Source: Rhina ancylostomus (lineage: Eukaryota). Taken from it: DNA of 64,000 nucleotides. A program made the translations under genes and the position numbers. Below are positions 37,101-49,809 of this stretch, piece by piece; positions within the stretch are counted from its first letter, which is position 1; the number at the start of each line of letters is the position of its first letter. The DNA lies in the NCBI GenBank assembly GCA_030265395.1, contig JARFYF010000056.1:28296905-28360904 (forward strand), in the 5' to 3' direction. The notes beneath the pieces were generated by a model. That model was not told the DNA's origin and did no database searches. It saw only the letters and a program-made list of their open reading frames with translations.

Positions 37101-38346
37101 TCATGCAGAGCAGTAAACCCCACATCTGATCTGAACATAAAAAGCACACTACAAGTTTGCACTCACTTAGTGATCTTAACACAGCAATATAAAAATCACT
37201 TTAATTTGGGTCAAGTGTACTGTAATGTTGTACACTTTCTGAACTTAATTTATGCTTAAGGTGTATATAATTCAATGTACTTCAGTAGTAATGGTGGGCA
37301 GCAGGGAAAAGCAAGGGAGAAAGGAAAGACAGGGAGAGTAATCTGCTTGAGCTATGTCCTCTGTCCATGATTCCCCATTCTGGTGACTGTGTAGAACACC
37401 ACTGTAGTTTGGAAGTGTAAAATATTAAGAAAAAGGTAAGTATTCTGGATTGTTACTGGCTAAGGCAACAGAACAATCGGAAACACTGGGCGACTCCATG
37501 AAAAACCACAGTATTTCAAATTGTTTGGCATCCTAATCATGGACTTAAATATCAGACATTCCTCCTCCTCCTCACCCCTTCCCCAGTAGATATACTGTAT
37601 ACGAATCACATTTTCTATTTTAAAAAAAACCTGTTACTAACAAAGAACGAGTCAACTCGAGGGTATCCTTACATAGTGTTTGCTGGCAGAACAAATGGTA
37701 GAGGAGACAATCATCTCCTCAGCCATAAAAGATCAAATATCCTGTTGAGGCAGGACACCAATCCACAAGTTCCTCAAACATGCACACATAGCAAACTTCA
37801 AATCTCACACTGAGTCAAGGAAAATTGACATGGGTGTTAAAAGAAAAATCAGATACCGCACAGTACTTCATGAAACCCTCCATTAAACAGATTAAGAGTG
37901 TCAACGAGTTCTTGAAACTACAATGACCATACTGGACATCCCAAGCCATTTAGACTAGAATCCCCTTTTCTCTTCTGCTTGAAGTTTTAATATAACCTGT
38001 GACATTCACTGGCAAGACCAACAGTGCTAGCATTAGTCACACTGGTGGGTGAGTGTCGACATCTGTAGGTTGGGAACATTTCCCTTTATCCTCTGGGTTT
38101 GAGGGACATGCAAGATCCAAGGCGGAGGTTTAAGGGAGGATTAGCAAAGAGCCAAAAAGAAACAATAATTTGCAAATGGCAAACTAAGGTGCAGATGGAT
38201 TTTGCTGCTCTCATTAGGTGGAAACGCCAAGGAGGTTACATGATTCCAGCCAAGTAATGCTTAAATCAAAATGTCAACCTAAGCAGAAAGGGCAGAAAAT
38301 TAAACCAAGCGCACACACACTAAAAAGACAGTATGGGCACCCTCAC

Positions 38347-38379
38347 CTGTGCTCTTGCCAACTCCACTGGCAGTGCAAA
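38347..38379 (-). CDS. Candidate FKBP15 alternative microexon (FALPVELARAQ)
   Basis: tttactttctcttcccag acceptor, CAG/gtgagg donor, 33 nt, stop-free in a phase-0 intron. Confidence 0.55.
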
Positions 38380-38430
38380 CTGGGAAGAGAAAGTAAACTG
38401 ACAGTCAAGTGCAACACGTACTAAACAAAG

Positions 38431-38458
<28 letters not shown>
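38431..38458. repeat. (CA)14 microsatellite, read as (UG)14 in FKBP15 pre-mRNA
   Basis: Direct reading. Confidence 0.95.
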
Positions 38459-38461
<3 letters not shown>

Positions 38462-39609
38462 CTGAGCAAGAACACATACACAGTTGCAACAGTCACTAAT
38501 ATTTGTGTCTCCTCAAATGTCATTTGCAACTTTGAAATAAGGAAACATAATTCACACAATTTTATGATCCCACCATACACAACAGAAATTCATACTCCCT
38601 CCACTTACGCACTTGCTGCACCTCAACAAATACTAGGATCTTTGAATCCCATGAACAGTTAGACCCGATATGAAATGTTATACTTTTTCTAAATGGGTAT
38701 ATCTTTCATCCGTAGTCTACAGTGCATAAACAACATTCTTGCTGAATAAGCAATCAATTACAAGAAAGTTGGTCCCAGATGAAGAAAGCTCACTGCCACT
38801 GGGCCGAGCAGCCCAGGTTACAATAGAAGGAAAAGGTGCCACTTACTCACTAGTATTATCCAGAAAAGCTTGCATGTGAATCACCTTCAAAATCCAAAGC
38901 CTTTCCACCAAAAAGGCATAACCAAGGAGTGTGAGGGATGCGTCCACTTATCTGGACAGCACCACCCAAGACAAAGGAGCACACCCGATTAGCATCTCAT
39001 TCACCATCGTACGGTGCTGCATGGCTGCACATGTACGCCATCCATAAAATGCACTGCAGGTTTTCACCCAGGCTACTTTAACCACACCTCCCAAACCTAC
39101 AACCTCTGTCCCCCCTGAAAGGATCAGGGCAGCTGTCCAGGTAAACAAACCTATCTGCAAGATCCCCATCAGTTCACACGTATACTAAGTAGGAAAAATA
39201 TTAGCATCCCATCATTATCTAAATCCTGGAACTGCCTCCCCAACAATGAGGATGGATTCATCAGAGGAACTGCAGTGGTACAAGACACTGGTTCTCCAAC
39301 ACTTTCTCAGGAGTAATTAGGCGAAGGAAATATATGAAGACTTTGCCTAATGTTCAGTGACACAAACAGGTTTGAAATTGCTCTCAGCACAAGTAGAATA
39401 ACCATAAGGTGTAGCTTAGCAAAAGAGTGTAATGTTTTAAATGTACAAGCTTACATGCAAGTGTTTCTGATTGGTCTTACTGTTTTGAAGTTGCTAATTA
39501 TACAAAAGATCATTAAAGCAACCACAATCTGATAACATGTTGCAAGGCATGGTGTCGAGTCCAAAAGTGATGCTAAATACAAAGGTGGCACTGAAGCAGG
39601 GATACATAC

Positions 39610-39621
39610 AGAAGCTTCACA
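39610..39621 (-). CDS. Candidate FKBP15 12-nt microexon (CEAS)
   Basis: tttacttcctgacttacacag acceptor, gtatgt donor, in frame. Confidence 0.35.
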
Positions 39622-41514
39622 CTGTGTAAGTCAGGAAGTAAATCGAGATGGTGGTTACGCAATGTTGGGCTTGAAACAACAAATGACTTAATTGATGTCC
39701 TCTTCCTAGTTAAGTCTTAGATACAGGGTAGTTCAGTCTTTATAAGAACCAAAAAGGGAAAGGAATAATTCAGTTAGAGAAAGGAAAGAATATAATAAAA
39801 TTCAAGATCTATTGTTAAGAATGGGTTAAACAAATCAGAAGATTGTTAGCTACTGTAAAATATTAAAGGAGAAAGGCATATAAAAATACGGACTCAGAGA
39901 GGACACAACTGAGAGTAGGAGGGAGTAGGGAGAGCGAGAGAAAGGCTGCACATGAACAGGAGGAAGAGAACTCACAGTCGACAGAGTCTACAGTATGAGG
40001 AATGGATACCACACCACAATCACTTGGGAGGATGACTACCAAGGTTTCAAGGAACAGACTGTGACTGCCACTTTTGTTAAGTATTAAACACAAAAAACCA
40101 CTGGAGGAACATGATGCCACTTGATCCACTGACTTCCTTCAGCAGTTTGTATTTTACTCCAGAACCAGCATTTGCAGTCTCGCTTGCGTCTCCATTTTAA
40201 GTATTACTTTCGTACTGCATGTAAATTACTTAATAAATCTGCGGCACTTATAACCAATATATCTGTGCCCACAGTGGTTTATTGTTGTCACAAGCAAATT
40301 GCTCAAGTCAAATTACACTGAATCTTGAATGCAGCAAATAAGTAGAACAAGCAGAATTTTACGTAGCCTGCACTTGTTTTATTGATTTATCATAGAAAAA
40401 TTGTCACATTAAGTTTTATCCATACAGAAATTGATGTATTTACCTAAATAGTAATAGTTCTTGTAAATTCTGTTTATTGTAAATTCTGAGCTCAAATGCA
40501 ATATTCAGACTGTATATTTGGGGTTAAATGCAGATGTAAGGTCACTCTGCTCCATCTAAACATTGTTACCCAAGCTGTATTCTATGATTATTAACACGTT
40601 TTCATTCACTGTCATTCTCTGCTGCTTCTTACATACACTATTATATAGTTCTTACTGGAGGATGATTTTGTGCTGCGAGCCAGGCTCACAACCAAATCAG
40701 AATAATCCTGTCTTAACTTGGAGGTACTTCAGTTACAATTCCATGTACCAATATACTCCAATATCCCTTTCAAATCAAACTTCAAAACTATTTTCTACAG
40801 AAAAAAATTTGCCAAAAGCAGAGTGAACAGGAACTTAGTTGATACATTTAGCAATAAAACAAAAAAAGGAACAACCAAGTTGTGGCAAGGAAAAGACCTT
40901 GCATGAAGCAGCAACTGAGAAACAGCACTGCCCTATGTAAATATGGGATCCACATGTTCTGATGTGACACAACACTTTGATTTTTTTTAAACCTGGTGTG
41001 GACCCAGATCTCTTTTACAATATAGAAACTTGCAAACATTGGATCACAGAAATAGTTATTTCTACCCATTTTTTAAACTGTATTTTTTTTAAAAGACATA
41101 CATCCACACACTTTAAAGGGATTCACTGACAGATGCAGTGAACAATATCTACATTGAAAGCCTGAACTATCCCGATGTATCTAAAAAAAACTAGGAAACA
41201 TAGATTAAAATGTACTGCTGCAGAGATTATCCACCCCCCCCCCACCCCAGAGGTGGAGCAAATTTCCCCATTAGAACCAAGCTCAGTTTGCTGCAAGGCC
41301 TGGGCTGGTCTTAGCAATTCTGCACACATTTCTTCCTCCTTGAATGCCAAATCTGATTATTCCAATACACCCAAATTGATTGCATTGCTTCTCCCAAATT
41401 GGACTTCAAGTATTCCCTTCAGGCTCTGTCCCAATCCTCATTCCTCACAAGAATCTGCCTCAGTTTCACCACAACATTAACACACTTGTACGGATGCAAG
41501 AAAGCCAACCTCAC

Positions 41515-41617
41515 CTTCTCCTGCTCCGCAAGCAGGATACGGGCTTGGTTATTCTCTGTTGAGGATATCAGAGAGTCGTTCCTCTGTTCCATCAGCAAAT
41601 TACTCTGCTCCACATAT
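41515..41617 (-). CDS. FKBP15: FKBP15 exon (YVEQSNLLMEQRNDSLISSTENNQARILLAEQEK)
   Basis: 103 nt, phase 2-0. Confidence 0.95.
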
Positions 41618-42513
41618 CTGCAAGCACAGGGAGACAAACCATTATGAAAATGGAAGACAGGTAAATGAGAGACAATAGGAAATGAGAATAAGGACTGCCC
41701 TCGGATTTACAATGCGAATGATAATATTTAATGAATTGAGATGATGAGATGCAAAAAAGATACAAGGGAAATTTTTTCTTCTGGTGGAGAAATCCACAAG
41801 GTGTAGTAACTTAAAATCTGAACCAGGATATTTAGTGGTGGAAATGTTCGAGCCCAAGATAAATATGGATCACACTGTGGGAGAGGAATAATCAAGAAAC
41901 ATAGAACTGTTATGGCACAGGGGGATGTCCACGCAGACAAACAGGTTCACTACCCAGTCCCACTTTCTTTCCCTGTGGCCCAGCAAGTTATTACCCCATA
42001 ACTACCTGGACAATTCAAAGGCAGAGTTCTAGCTCATAACCACTCTCTACGCAAGAGTTTTATCCTTAGATCCCCTTGTACATTTTGTCCATTGCTCTCT
42101 GACCCTGGAGCCAAACACTAATAGTAATAGCTTCCCTATTTACCCTAAATACATCATGGCATTGTACACCCTTATCAAATCTGTTGTCTGTCTGCTGTGT
42201 TCCAAAGAGAACACTATATAGCTTTCCATTCTATCCCAAAAGCCCTCATCACTGAAACAGTGCTATTTTATGCATTCTCTCCAGCAACTTAACATTTTTC
42301 CTGAAGTATATTAACCAGAATTTGATGCAATGCTCCAGTTGTGACCTAACCACATTTTTAAGGAAGATTGAACAAAATATCACTGCTTTTGAACTCTCAA
42401 ACTTCAAGGCCAGCAATAAATATGCATCACTAACTGATTTCTCATCATGTTCTGCCATTTTTGTCTTGCTTCATACTGCTCAGAGTTAATGCAGTTTGAT
42501 GTCTTCCCAGTAC

Positions 42514-42608
42514 CTTTGGTTTCTCTGGATCAGATCACTGATCTTTCCATTCTGTTCTTCAATCCGACTGCTTTTATCAAACACTTCTTGCTTCAATCTC
42601 TCGTTTTC
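42514..42608 (-). CDS. FKBP15: FKBP15 exon (ENERLKQEVFDKSSRIEEQNGKISDLIQRNQ)
   Basis: 95 nt, phase 0-2. Confidence 0.95.
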
Positions 42609-43379
42609 CTACAAAGAATCAGAGTGGATGGAAAAGGAAAAAGAAAAACAAACTCAATACTTTCTACTCATTGAGAAGCATCAATACCCATTATGATATG
42701 CAACTTAGCAGTGTGTCAGCATTGATGCCTGATAGCACACATAACAGAAAACAAAGGCTGGTAATCTTAACATTTCTGAGCACAGTACCATCAACTAGCT
42801 TTTTCTGGAGCACAATGCTAATGAGAACACAGTTTCAATCTGAGCCTGGAGTAAGTGGCAAATGAGAGAGTTACGTACTTGACCTTCTCCTCAGTGTACA
42901 GACTGCAGATGTATCTGCATTATGTTATCAATAGCAGTGAACCCCACCAACCCTCATGGAGACAAAGTCTCANNNNNNNNNNNNNNNNNNNNNNNNNNNN
43001 NNNNNNNNNNNNNNNNNNNNNNNNNNNNNNNNNNNNNNNNNNNNNNNNNNNNNNNNNNNNNNNNNNNNNNNNGGAGACAAAGTCTCAGCTTCACACAGAA
43101 GACATTTCCATTAGATTGTGGCACTAACACATCAGATGGGAGAAATTCAGAAGAGATCTGGAAGTTCAACATTAGACAGCCAGAGGCACTGTTGGCCATC
43201 AGAAGCAGCAGAGCTGTATTTACTACCAGCTCAACATAGCCCCCATTCTACCATTACCATCACCATCACGTCTGGGGACTAACCTTGGCTCAATGAGTTC
43301 TAGAACGGTGTGCTAGCACCAGGGATATCCAAAAGTGAAATGACAACCCAGCAAAGCTGTAACACTAGATACAAGACGG

Positions 43380-44225
43380 TTATCAGGAATTAGAGGGATC
43401 TTAATCAGCTGGGTAAATGGGCCAAGGAACAGCAAATGAAGTTCAATTTGGAAAAGTGCAAGGTGTTGTATTTTGGGGAGACAAAATACAAAAGTAGGAC
43501 TTCCACAGTGATGTTAGGGCCCAGGAGAGTGTTGCAGAGCACAGAGACCTAGAAGTACATCATTACTGGAAAGAGGTGGCACAGGTAAACAGGCTGCTGA
43601 AGGCAGCTTTTGGCATGCTGACTTCATCAGTCAGGACATTAAGTACAGGAGGTGGGATGTTATGTTGCAGTTGTACAAGATGTTGGTGAGGCTACGTTTG
43701 GAATATTGTGTTCGGTTTTGGTCACCCAGCTATTGGAAAGATGCCATTAAGCCAGAAAGAGTGCAGAGATTTACAAGGATGCTGCCGGGACTCAAAGATG
43801 GAGTTATGGAGAGAAGTTGAGGAGGCTGGGACTTTATTCATTGGAGCACAGGAGAACGAGGGGTGATATTATAGAGGGGTACAAAATCATAAGCGACATA
43901 GATAGGGTGAATGCCCAGCGTTTTTTTCCCCAGGGTTGGGGAATCAAGAACTAGAGGGCATAGGTTTATGGTGAGAGGGAAGAAATTTAATAGGAACTTG
44001 AGGGGCAATTATTTCCACCCATAGGATGGGCTGTACATGGAAGGAGTTGCCAGAGGAAGTGGTTGAGGCAGGTATGTTAACTACATTTAAAAGATACTTG
44101 GATGGGAAAGGTTTAGAGGGATATGNNNNNNNNNNAAACAAATGGGACTAGCTTAGATGGGAATCTTGGTAGGCAAGGACCAGTTGGGCTGAAGGACCAG
44201 TTTCCATGCTGTACGACTATAAGAC
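43380..44225 (+). mobile_element. CR1 LINE 3' fragment
   Basis: QMKFNLEKCKVLYFG, LYKMLVRLRLEYCVRFWSP motifs; CR1 tail. Confidence 0.9.
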
Positions 44226-44289
44226 AATATGTGCACTAAACAACATTCAATATAAAGAGCTAAGCAATTCCATGGCCATCAAATCAGAT

Positions 44290-45960
44290 CAAAGCCATGC
44301 AGTTCTGCTACATCCAATTGTGTACGGCTGTGGACAATCAGAAAGAACTTCCAGGAGGCTGTTCTACAAACATCCCCACCTTCAACAACAGCAGAGCACT
44401 GTATAAGAGTATTAAAATCAAAGCCCAAATATTCACAATGATATGACTGGGTAAATCTCCATGCAATTTCATGGAATATCCGGATAAAGCAAAGACAATA
44501 AGACCAGTCAATACCCTGGCTGTAGTGCTTTCTCTAGAATTAGCCTCACTTGTACTCACTCTCTTTAGGGCAGCTACAACACTTAATATGAAAAAACAAA
44601 ATTATGGAAGGTATCATGGACAGTGCTGTCAATCTGTTCAAGATGCTGTTTGGCTTTTGTCTGGGTAGCTCAGCCCCTCAGCCCCTGATTTGGCATCATG
44701 GTCGGCAAAGGCAGTGATATGAAAGGCTTGTTCCTGTACTGTACAGTTCTATAGCTCATAACACCCTGTCCAAACATACAATAGAATGGAGTGTCAGAGG
44801 CAAGATGCTAGCGACTGCCCTTGATGTCAAGGTAGTATCTAATACAGTGTAGCATCAAAGTGACTTCATAAAACTAAAGTTAATGGAAATCAAAAGCTAA
44901 AACTTTCCATTAGAGACAGACCTTTCAAAAGGAAGATGGTTGCAGGTGTTGGAGGTCAATCACCTTAGATCCAGAACTTTTACTGAACAAATTTCTCTGG
45001 GCAAAATCCTAGGCACAGCCACAATCAAATGCTACATCATAGAATTTTAGTCCAGCAAAGGTCAGAAGTGGGGCTGCTCACTGATAGCCCAAAAATGTTC
45101 AGTTTCATTCACATTTCTCATCTCAGAAAATAAACCAGCCATGTTTGCAGGCAGAAATCGTTTGTTGGGCATAGGCTGTTATGTGGCAAGATATACACAC
45201 ACACACACACACAAAACACACGCTCCAACAGCTATCTCCAACAAAGGAATCTAACTTTCTACTTTTGACTTTCATTGGTATTACCAAAGAGCTCCCCTCA
45301 TCAATATCTAGGGGGTGGAGTAAGGGCCACAGGAGTCACCACTGACAAACTGGACCATTCACCTAAATGCTGGGGCTGCAAGAACAGGTCTGAATTGGGT
45401 GCCCCACAACAAGTGACCTTTCTTTCTCCCCCAACTCCCCAAAGCATTCCCAACACCTCTAGAGCATATATCAAGGATATGATGGAACACTCATAACTTG
45501 CTCAGATGTATACAGCTGCAACTACACAAGAAGCTAGACACCATCTGGGAGGAAGGAAACAGCTTTCAGTAGCCATTCACCATCCTTAACATTCATTCTC
45601 TGTCTTTGCTGCACCGCAACTGCATATGCATAGTCTACAAAATGCAATGCAAATACCTGCTGAGCAGCTCTGAAACTACAGCCTCTACTACCAAGAGGGA
45701 GGAAGGCAGCAAATGCAAGAGAGCAGAATACCCTACAAGCACCTTCCTCAAATCACACACCAAACTGACGCAGATATACATCACTGCTCCTTTGTCATTG
45801 CTGATTCTATACCATAAACCCTCCAAGCAACAGTACAGTGGGAGTAGCTTCACGAGACAGATTGCAATGGTTAATACAGGCAGCTCACTACCTTCTCAAA
45901 AATAATTTGGGAGAAGCCTAAACCCCAGCCTTCTCAGTAACTCTCACATCCTATAACCAA
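44290..45960 (+). mobile_element. Long decayed CR1-like LINE (second family)
   Basis: Degenerate RT (cccttgatgtcaagg...tagcatcaag) through a caccttcctcaaatcacacacc...ccttctcaa tail like 24020-24485. Confidence 0.6.
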
Positions 45961-45994
45961 ATAGGAGTATTAAATAGACAGCGATTGCACTTAC

Positions 45995-46099
45995 TTGTAT
46001 AATCCTCTGGATATTATGCATTATCATGCTTGTTTCCATGGTTAACGATGAAATGCCTGGGATCGAAGGACCAGTCATGTGTTTCTGCAAGTCTTCCAT
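45995..46099 (-). CDS. FKBP15: FKBP15 exon (MEDLQKHMTGPSIPGISSLTMETSMIMHNIQRIIQ)
   Basis: 105 nt, phase 0-0. Confidence 0.95.
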
Positions 46100-46499
46100 C
46101 TGTGACATCAAACAACAGATCTCAGCTTCAACAAGCTGTGTGAATCTACTTTATGCTACATTCTTATTCTCATCTTTTACCTGCACCATCATTCTCATGC
46201 TCCACATCATTTGCACCCCCTAAAGCTGGATCCAAGTGCCCATGTGTTGCCTGAACCCAAATACTTGCAGCTTATCATCAGAGGTGGGAGTAAGCGATTG
46301 AACTGACCTTGAAGTACATCACATTCAATCCTCTCCACCCAGAGTTTTTTTTAAATAATTCTTTATCCTACAAACAAGATCAGCATTCAATAGCAATTAC
46401 TAGAGTATATTAGCCATGAGTAAAACACTCATGGGATTGAACGTGGTCAGTGCGAAGAGGATGTGATTATTTATAGATTAGGTAAGGGAATATCAGGAG

Positions 46500-47180
46500 A
46501 TATTGCGTACCTTCAGAAAGCCTTTGATAAAGGTCCCAAGCAAGAGATCAGTGCACAAAATTAAAAGACATGGCATGGGGAGGTGATATATGGACATGAA
46601 TTGAGAAGTGGTTGATAGACTGGAAACAGAATAGGAATAAATGAGTCTACTTCTGGGTAGCAGCAATCAGTATTTGGGCTCTGAGCCATTTACAATATTT
46701 ATCAATGACTTGGTGATATTGAACTAAATGCAATATTTTACCATGGAGGGCACCTAAATTTACAAGACTGCTTCCTGCAGGCCTGACATACAAGAAGAAA
46801 TAGTATATTTACTGGAGAATAGAAGAGTGAGAGAGGACCTCACAGAAACCAATAAAATTCAAACATGATTGCCCAGACTAGATACAGGGAGGATAATCCT
46901 GATGGCTAAAGAATCTAGAACCAGGGGTCACAGACTCAGGGCTATTTAGAACTGAGATCAGGAGGCATTTCTTTACCCAGGGTAAGGTGAACCTTACTCT
47001 ACCAAAGGTGGCAGTGGAGGCCAAGTCATTACATCTGTTCAAGGAGAAGTTCAATACCAAATGGGATCAAGGGATAAGGCGAAGGTGGGAACAAGGTACT
47101 GAAGTGAATGATCCCAGTGGATGAGGAGCAGGTCCAAAGGGTCAACCGACCAACTCTTGCTCCAGTCTTCTATGTTTCTG
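46500..47180 (+). mobile_element. CR1 LINE fragments
   Basis: FQKAFDKVP-like ttcagaaagcctttgataaaggtccc; ctagaaccaggggtcacagactc; 3' tail. Confidence 0.75.
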
Positions 47181-47472
47181 AGTTAACTAATTGCTGTTGA
47201 TGGAGGGATTATCAACAAGATGCATATCCTTGTGTGCATTCTTCTAGCAAAGCATAATTAATTGAAACAATGGCTTTTAAAAAAAACTCTTACAGCCATC
47301 GCATGCCCATAATTAACCCAGCTGAGATTAGCTAAGATTACTTAAATCCCTAGTGTCCCAATAGCTCCAAGTAGATCATCACCACAGCACCTGGAGCAAA
47401 CCCCTCAGTTTATTTAACATTTGGCCCAGCATTCTTTAACATGCAGGCCTGCAGAATCTACGATCAGCTCAC

Positions 47473-47582
47473 CTTAAGAGCAAGCTGGTCAATTTTATCT
47501 GATGCCTTGCTGATGGCCAGTCGAATCTCAGTGTTATGCTGCCGTGCCTCAGTCATCATAAAAGAAGTGACATCTCCGCCAG
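47473..47582 (-). CDS. FKBP15: FKBP15 exon (AGGDVTSFMMTEARQHNTEIRLAISKASDKIDQLALK)
   Basis: 110 nt, phase 1-0, conserved MTEARQHNTEIR. Confidence 0.96.
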
Positions 47583-47896
47583 CTGTTAAAAAAATGAAAC
47601 CAGTGTTAAAATGTTATTTGGGAGCGATACCAAACGTTTAATGTGATTCTCTGCATCCACTAGATGCAAATCACAGATTATATCATAAAAAAGCACATCA
47701 GCACTCCAATTCCTCAAAGCTACACCCTGGACACACTACTTTGTTGAATGGTGTACAGGGGCAAATTGTTGGGGTTTTACTACACCACCTTCACATGGAG
47801 GTGCATGCACAATACTCAACTCAAATGTCCCAAGGACTACAACAAAACAAACCCCAAAGCACTGGCTGCTCACATTGCACAGATAAAGACACAACT

Positions 47897-48262
47897 TAGA
47901 ACATAGAGCAGTACAGCACAAAACAGGCCCTTCAGCCCACAATGTTGTGCCAACAAAGCTAACCCCTCCTATCTACAGAATGCTCATATCCCCCTACTTG
48001 CCTCTCATTCATGTGCCCATCCAAGCCCCTCTTAAAAGCCCCCAATGAATTTGCCNNNNNNNNNNNNNNNNNNNNNNNNNNNNNNNNNNNNNNNNNNNNN
48101 NNNNNNNNNNNNNNNNNNNNNNNNNNNNNNNNNNNNNNNNNNNNNNNNNNNNNNNNNNNNNNNNNNNNNNNNNNNNNNNNNNNNNNNNNNNNNNNNNNNN
48201 NNNNNNNNNNNNNNNNNNNAGGAAAAAGATATTGCTTGTCCATCCTATCTATGCCCCTCTTC
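47897..48262 (-). mobile_element. CR1 LINE 3' end (gap inside)
   Basis: tagaacatagagcagtacagcacaaaacaggcccttcagcccac is the reverse CR1 tail; RGIDRMD motif. Confidence 0.8.
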
Positions 48263-48340
48263 AGCTTCATTCCAAAAACCCATTTAAACCATTCAATACA
48301 ACAGTATTAACAGTGCCTGATGCAAACACTGCACACCCAC

Positions 48341-48443
48341 CTTGATACTGTGGTGCTTGAGCTGGGTACATCGGTCCAATTGTCTGAATCTGTGTCTGAG
48401 CTCCATGGCCTTGTGTGTAACCATAGGACATCCCTGTGTATGG
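48341..48443 (-). CDS. FKBP15: FKBP15 exon (PYTGMSYGYTQGHGAQTQIQTIGPMYPAQAPQYQ)
   Basis: 103 nt, phase 0-1. Confidence 0.9.
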
Positions 48444-49235
48444 CTGAAGTATAACATTAGCAGATTGAGAAAATTATTTTAAAATGCCCTAATATCTTGT
48501 GCTTTTCACCTCTATTCAACACACTCAAGACTTCAGTAACCCCTCCCTTAGCCTACAAGGCAAACATTGCTACACACCACCTTGATCAGCACAAAGAAAT
48601 GAGTATCAGTGAGCATAGGCTAAACACTCATGAGAAAAGGCAACTTTTTTTTTAAATGTGGGTAAAAACAGAGTTTGTGATGTAGAAAATGTAATCCATG
48701 GAGTGCACTGCCCAATGGCCTGGGTACGAACACTGACAGACTGGCAGAAACACCAGCCGCATTAAGGACATTAAAGTTCACTGCATTAAGCTGGTAGACC
48801 CTCTCTGTTATAACCTCCTCTATCTCTACAACCTCCAAGAACTCCCCATTCTTCCAATTCTGGCATCTTGTACATCCCAATTTTATCAGTCCATCACTGG
48901 AGGCTAAGCCTTGGTTTCAACATCTAGAATTCACTCCCTACACCTCTCCACCCCACTGCCCTCCTCTGATATGTGCCATACAATCCATTCCTTTGACCAA
49001 TAGTTATTATTGACCTGTCCCAGCATCTCTCTATGTAGCTTTAAGTCAAATCTTGATAATCTTGAAGTAGTTTGATACATACTTTTCCTACAGTAAAGAC
49101 ACATTACATACACAGGTTATCATCTAATCAAACTTCAGAATCCTAAATTATGTGACAGTATGGGTTGACAAGTTTTGCTCATTATATTCCCCTACCTCCA
49201 CTTACTCATGTCAAATGAAAGATACTGCAATGTAC

Positions 49236-49333
49236 CTGGAAGGATTGACTACTGCCAGACAGTCCTTGCTGGGCAGGCAAAGCAACTGGCATTAGTGCTG
49301 CAGAAGATGTCGGAAGCATAGAAACTGGAACTG
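49236..49333 (-). CDS. FKBP15: FKBP15 exon (AVPVSMLPTSSAALMPVALPAQQGLSGSSQSFQ)
   Basis: 98 nt (95 nt with the second AG of TAGCAG), phase 1-0. Confidence 0.88.
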
Positions 49334-49712
49334 CTAAGATAAAAAAATTACATCAGGAAAAACTGAGAAAATTAACTACCTGCAAAAAAAATGAAAACAG
49401 ACATTTTGAAAAATGTAAGACAGTTAGCTAATGTTTAAAACTATTGTGAACGAGCCACATAATAGTAATTGGGTGAGATATTAAATAATAGAGCAAACCA
49501 AGACAGGAAGTTCCCTCTGCTTCAACTCTAGTCTGAAAAGAGCTAGTAACTGGCAAATCAACAATGAAGGTATTACAATAGGTAGCAAATAGGGTCAATT
49601 TGCACAGACACAAATTGAAATGAACTCTGCACAGATGAACATTAATGGCTCAAATTAGGATAAAATGCAATGGGTGATTTAGCGATGAGGAATGAAACTA
49701 ACTGTACACTAC

Positions 49713-49809
49713 CTGGTGGTGGATGCTGTGGAGGTAGACTGTGAACAGGAGCTGCCGTATGCTGAACTGATGGTGGGGCAGCAAGTGGAGCTCCCTTTGA
49801 AGAATGATC
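49713..49809 (-). CDS. FKBP15: FKBP15 exon (DHSSKGAPLAAPPSVQHTAAPVHSLPPQHPPP)
   Basis: 97 nt, phase 0-1, proline-rich linker. Confidence 0.85.

Noticed and set aside
37110-37170. Splice-like motifs (ttttatgttcag; aa/gtgagt) suggesting a third microexon
   Set aside because: No strong acceptor-donor pair giving a frame-preserving, stop-free exon
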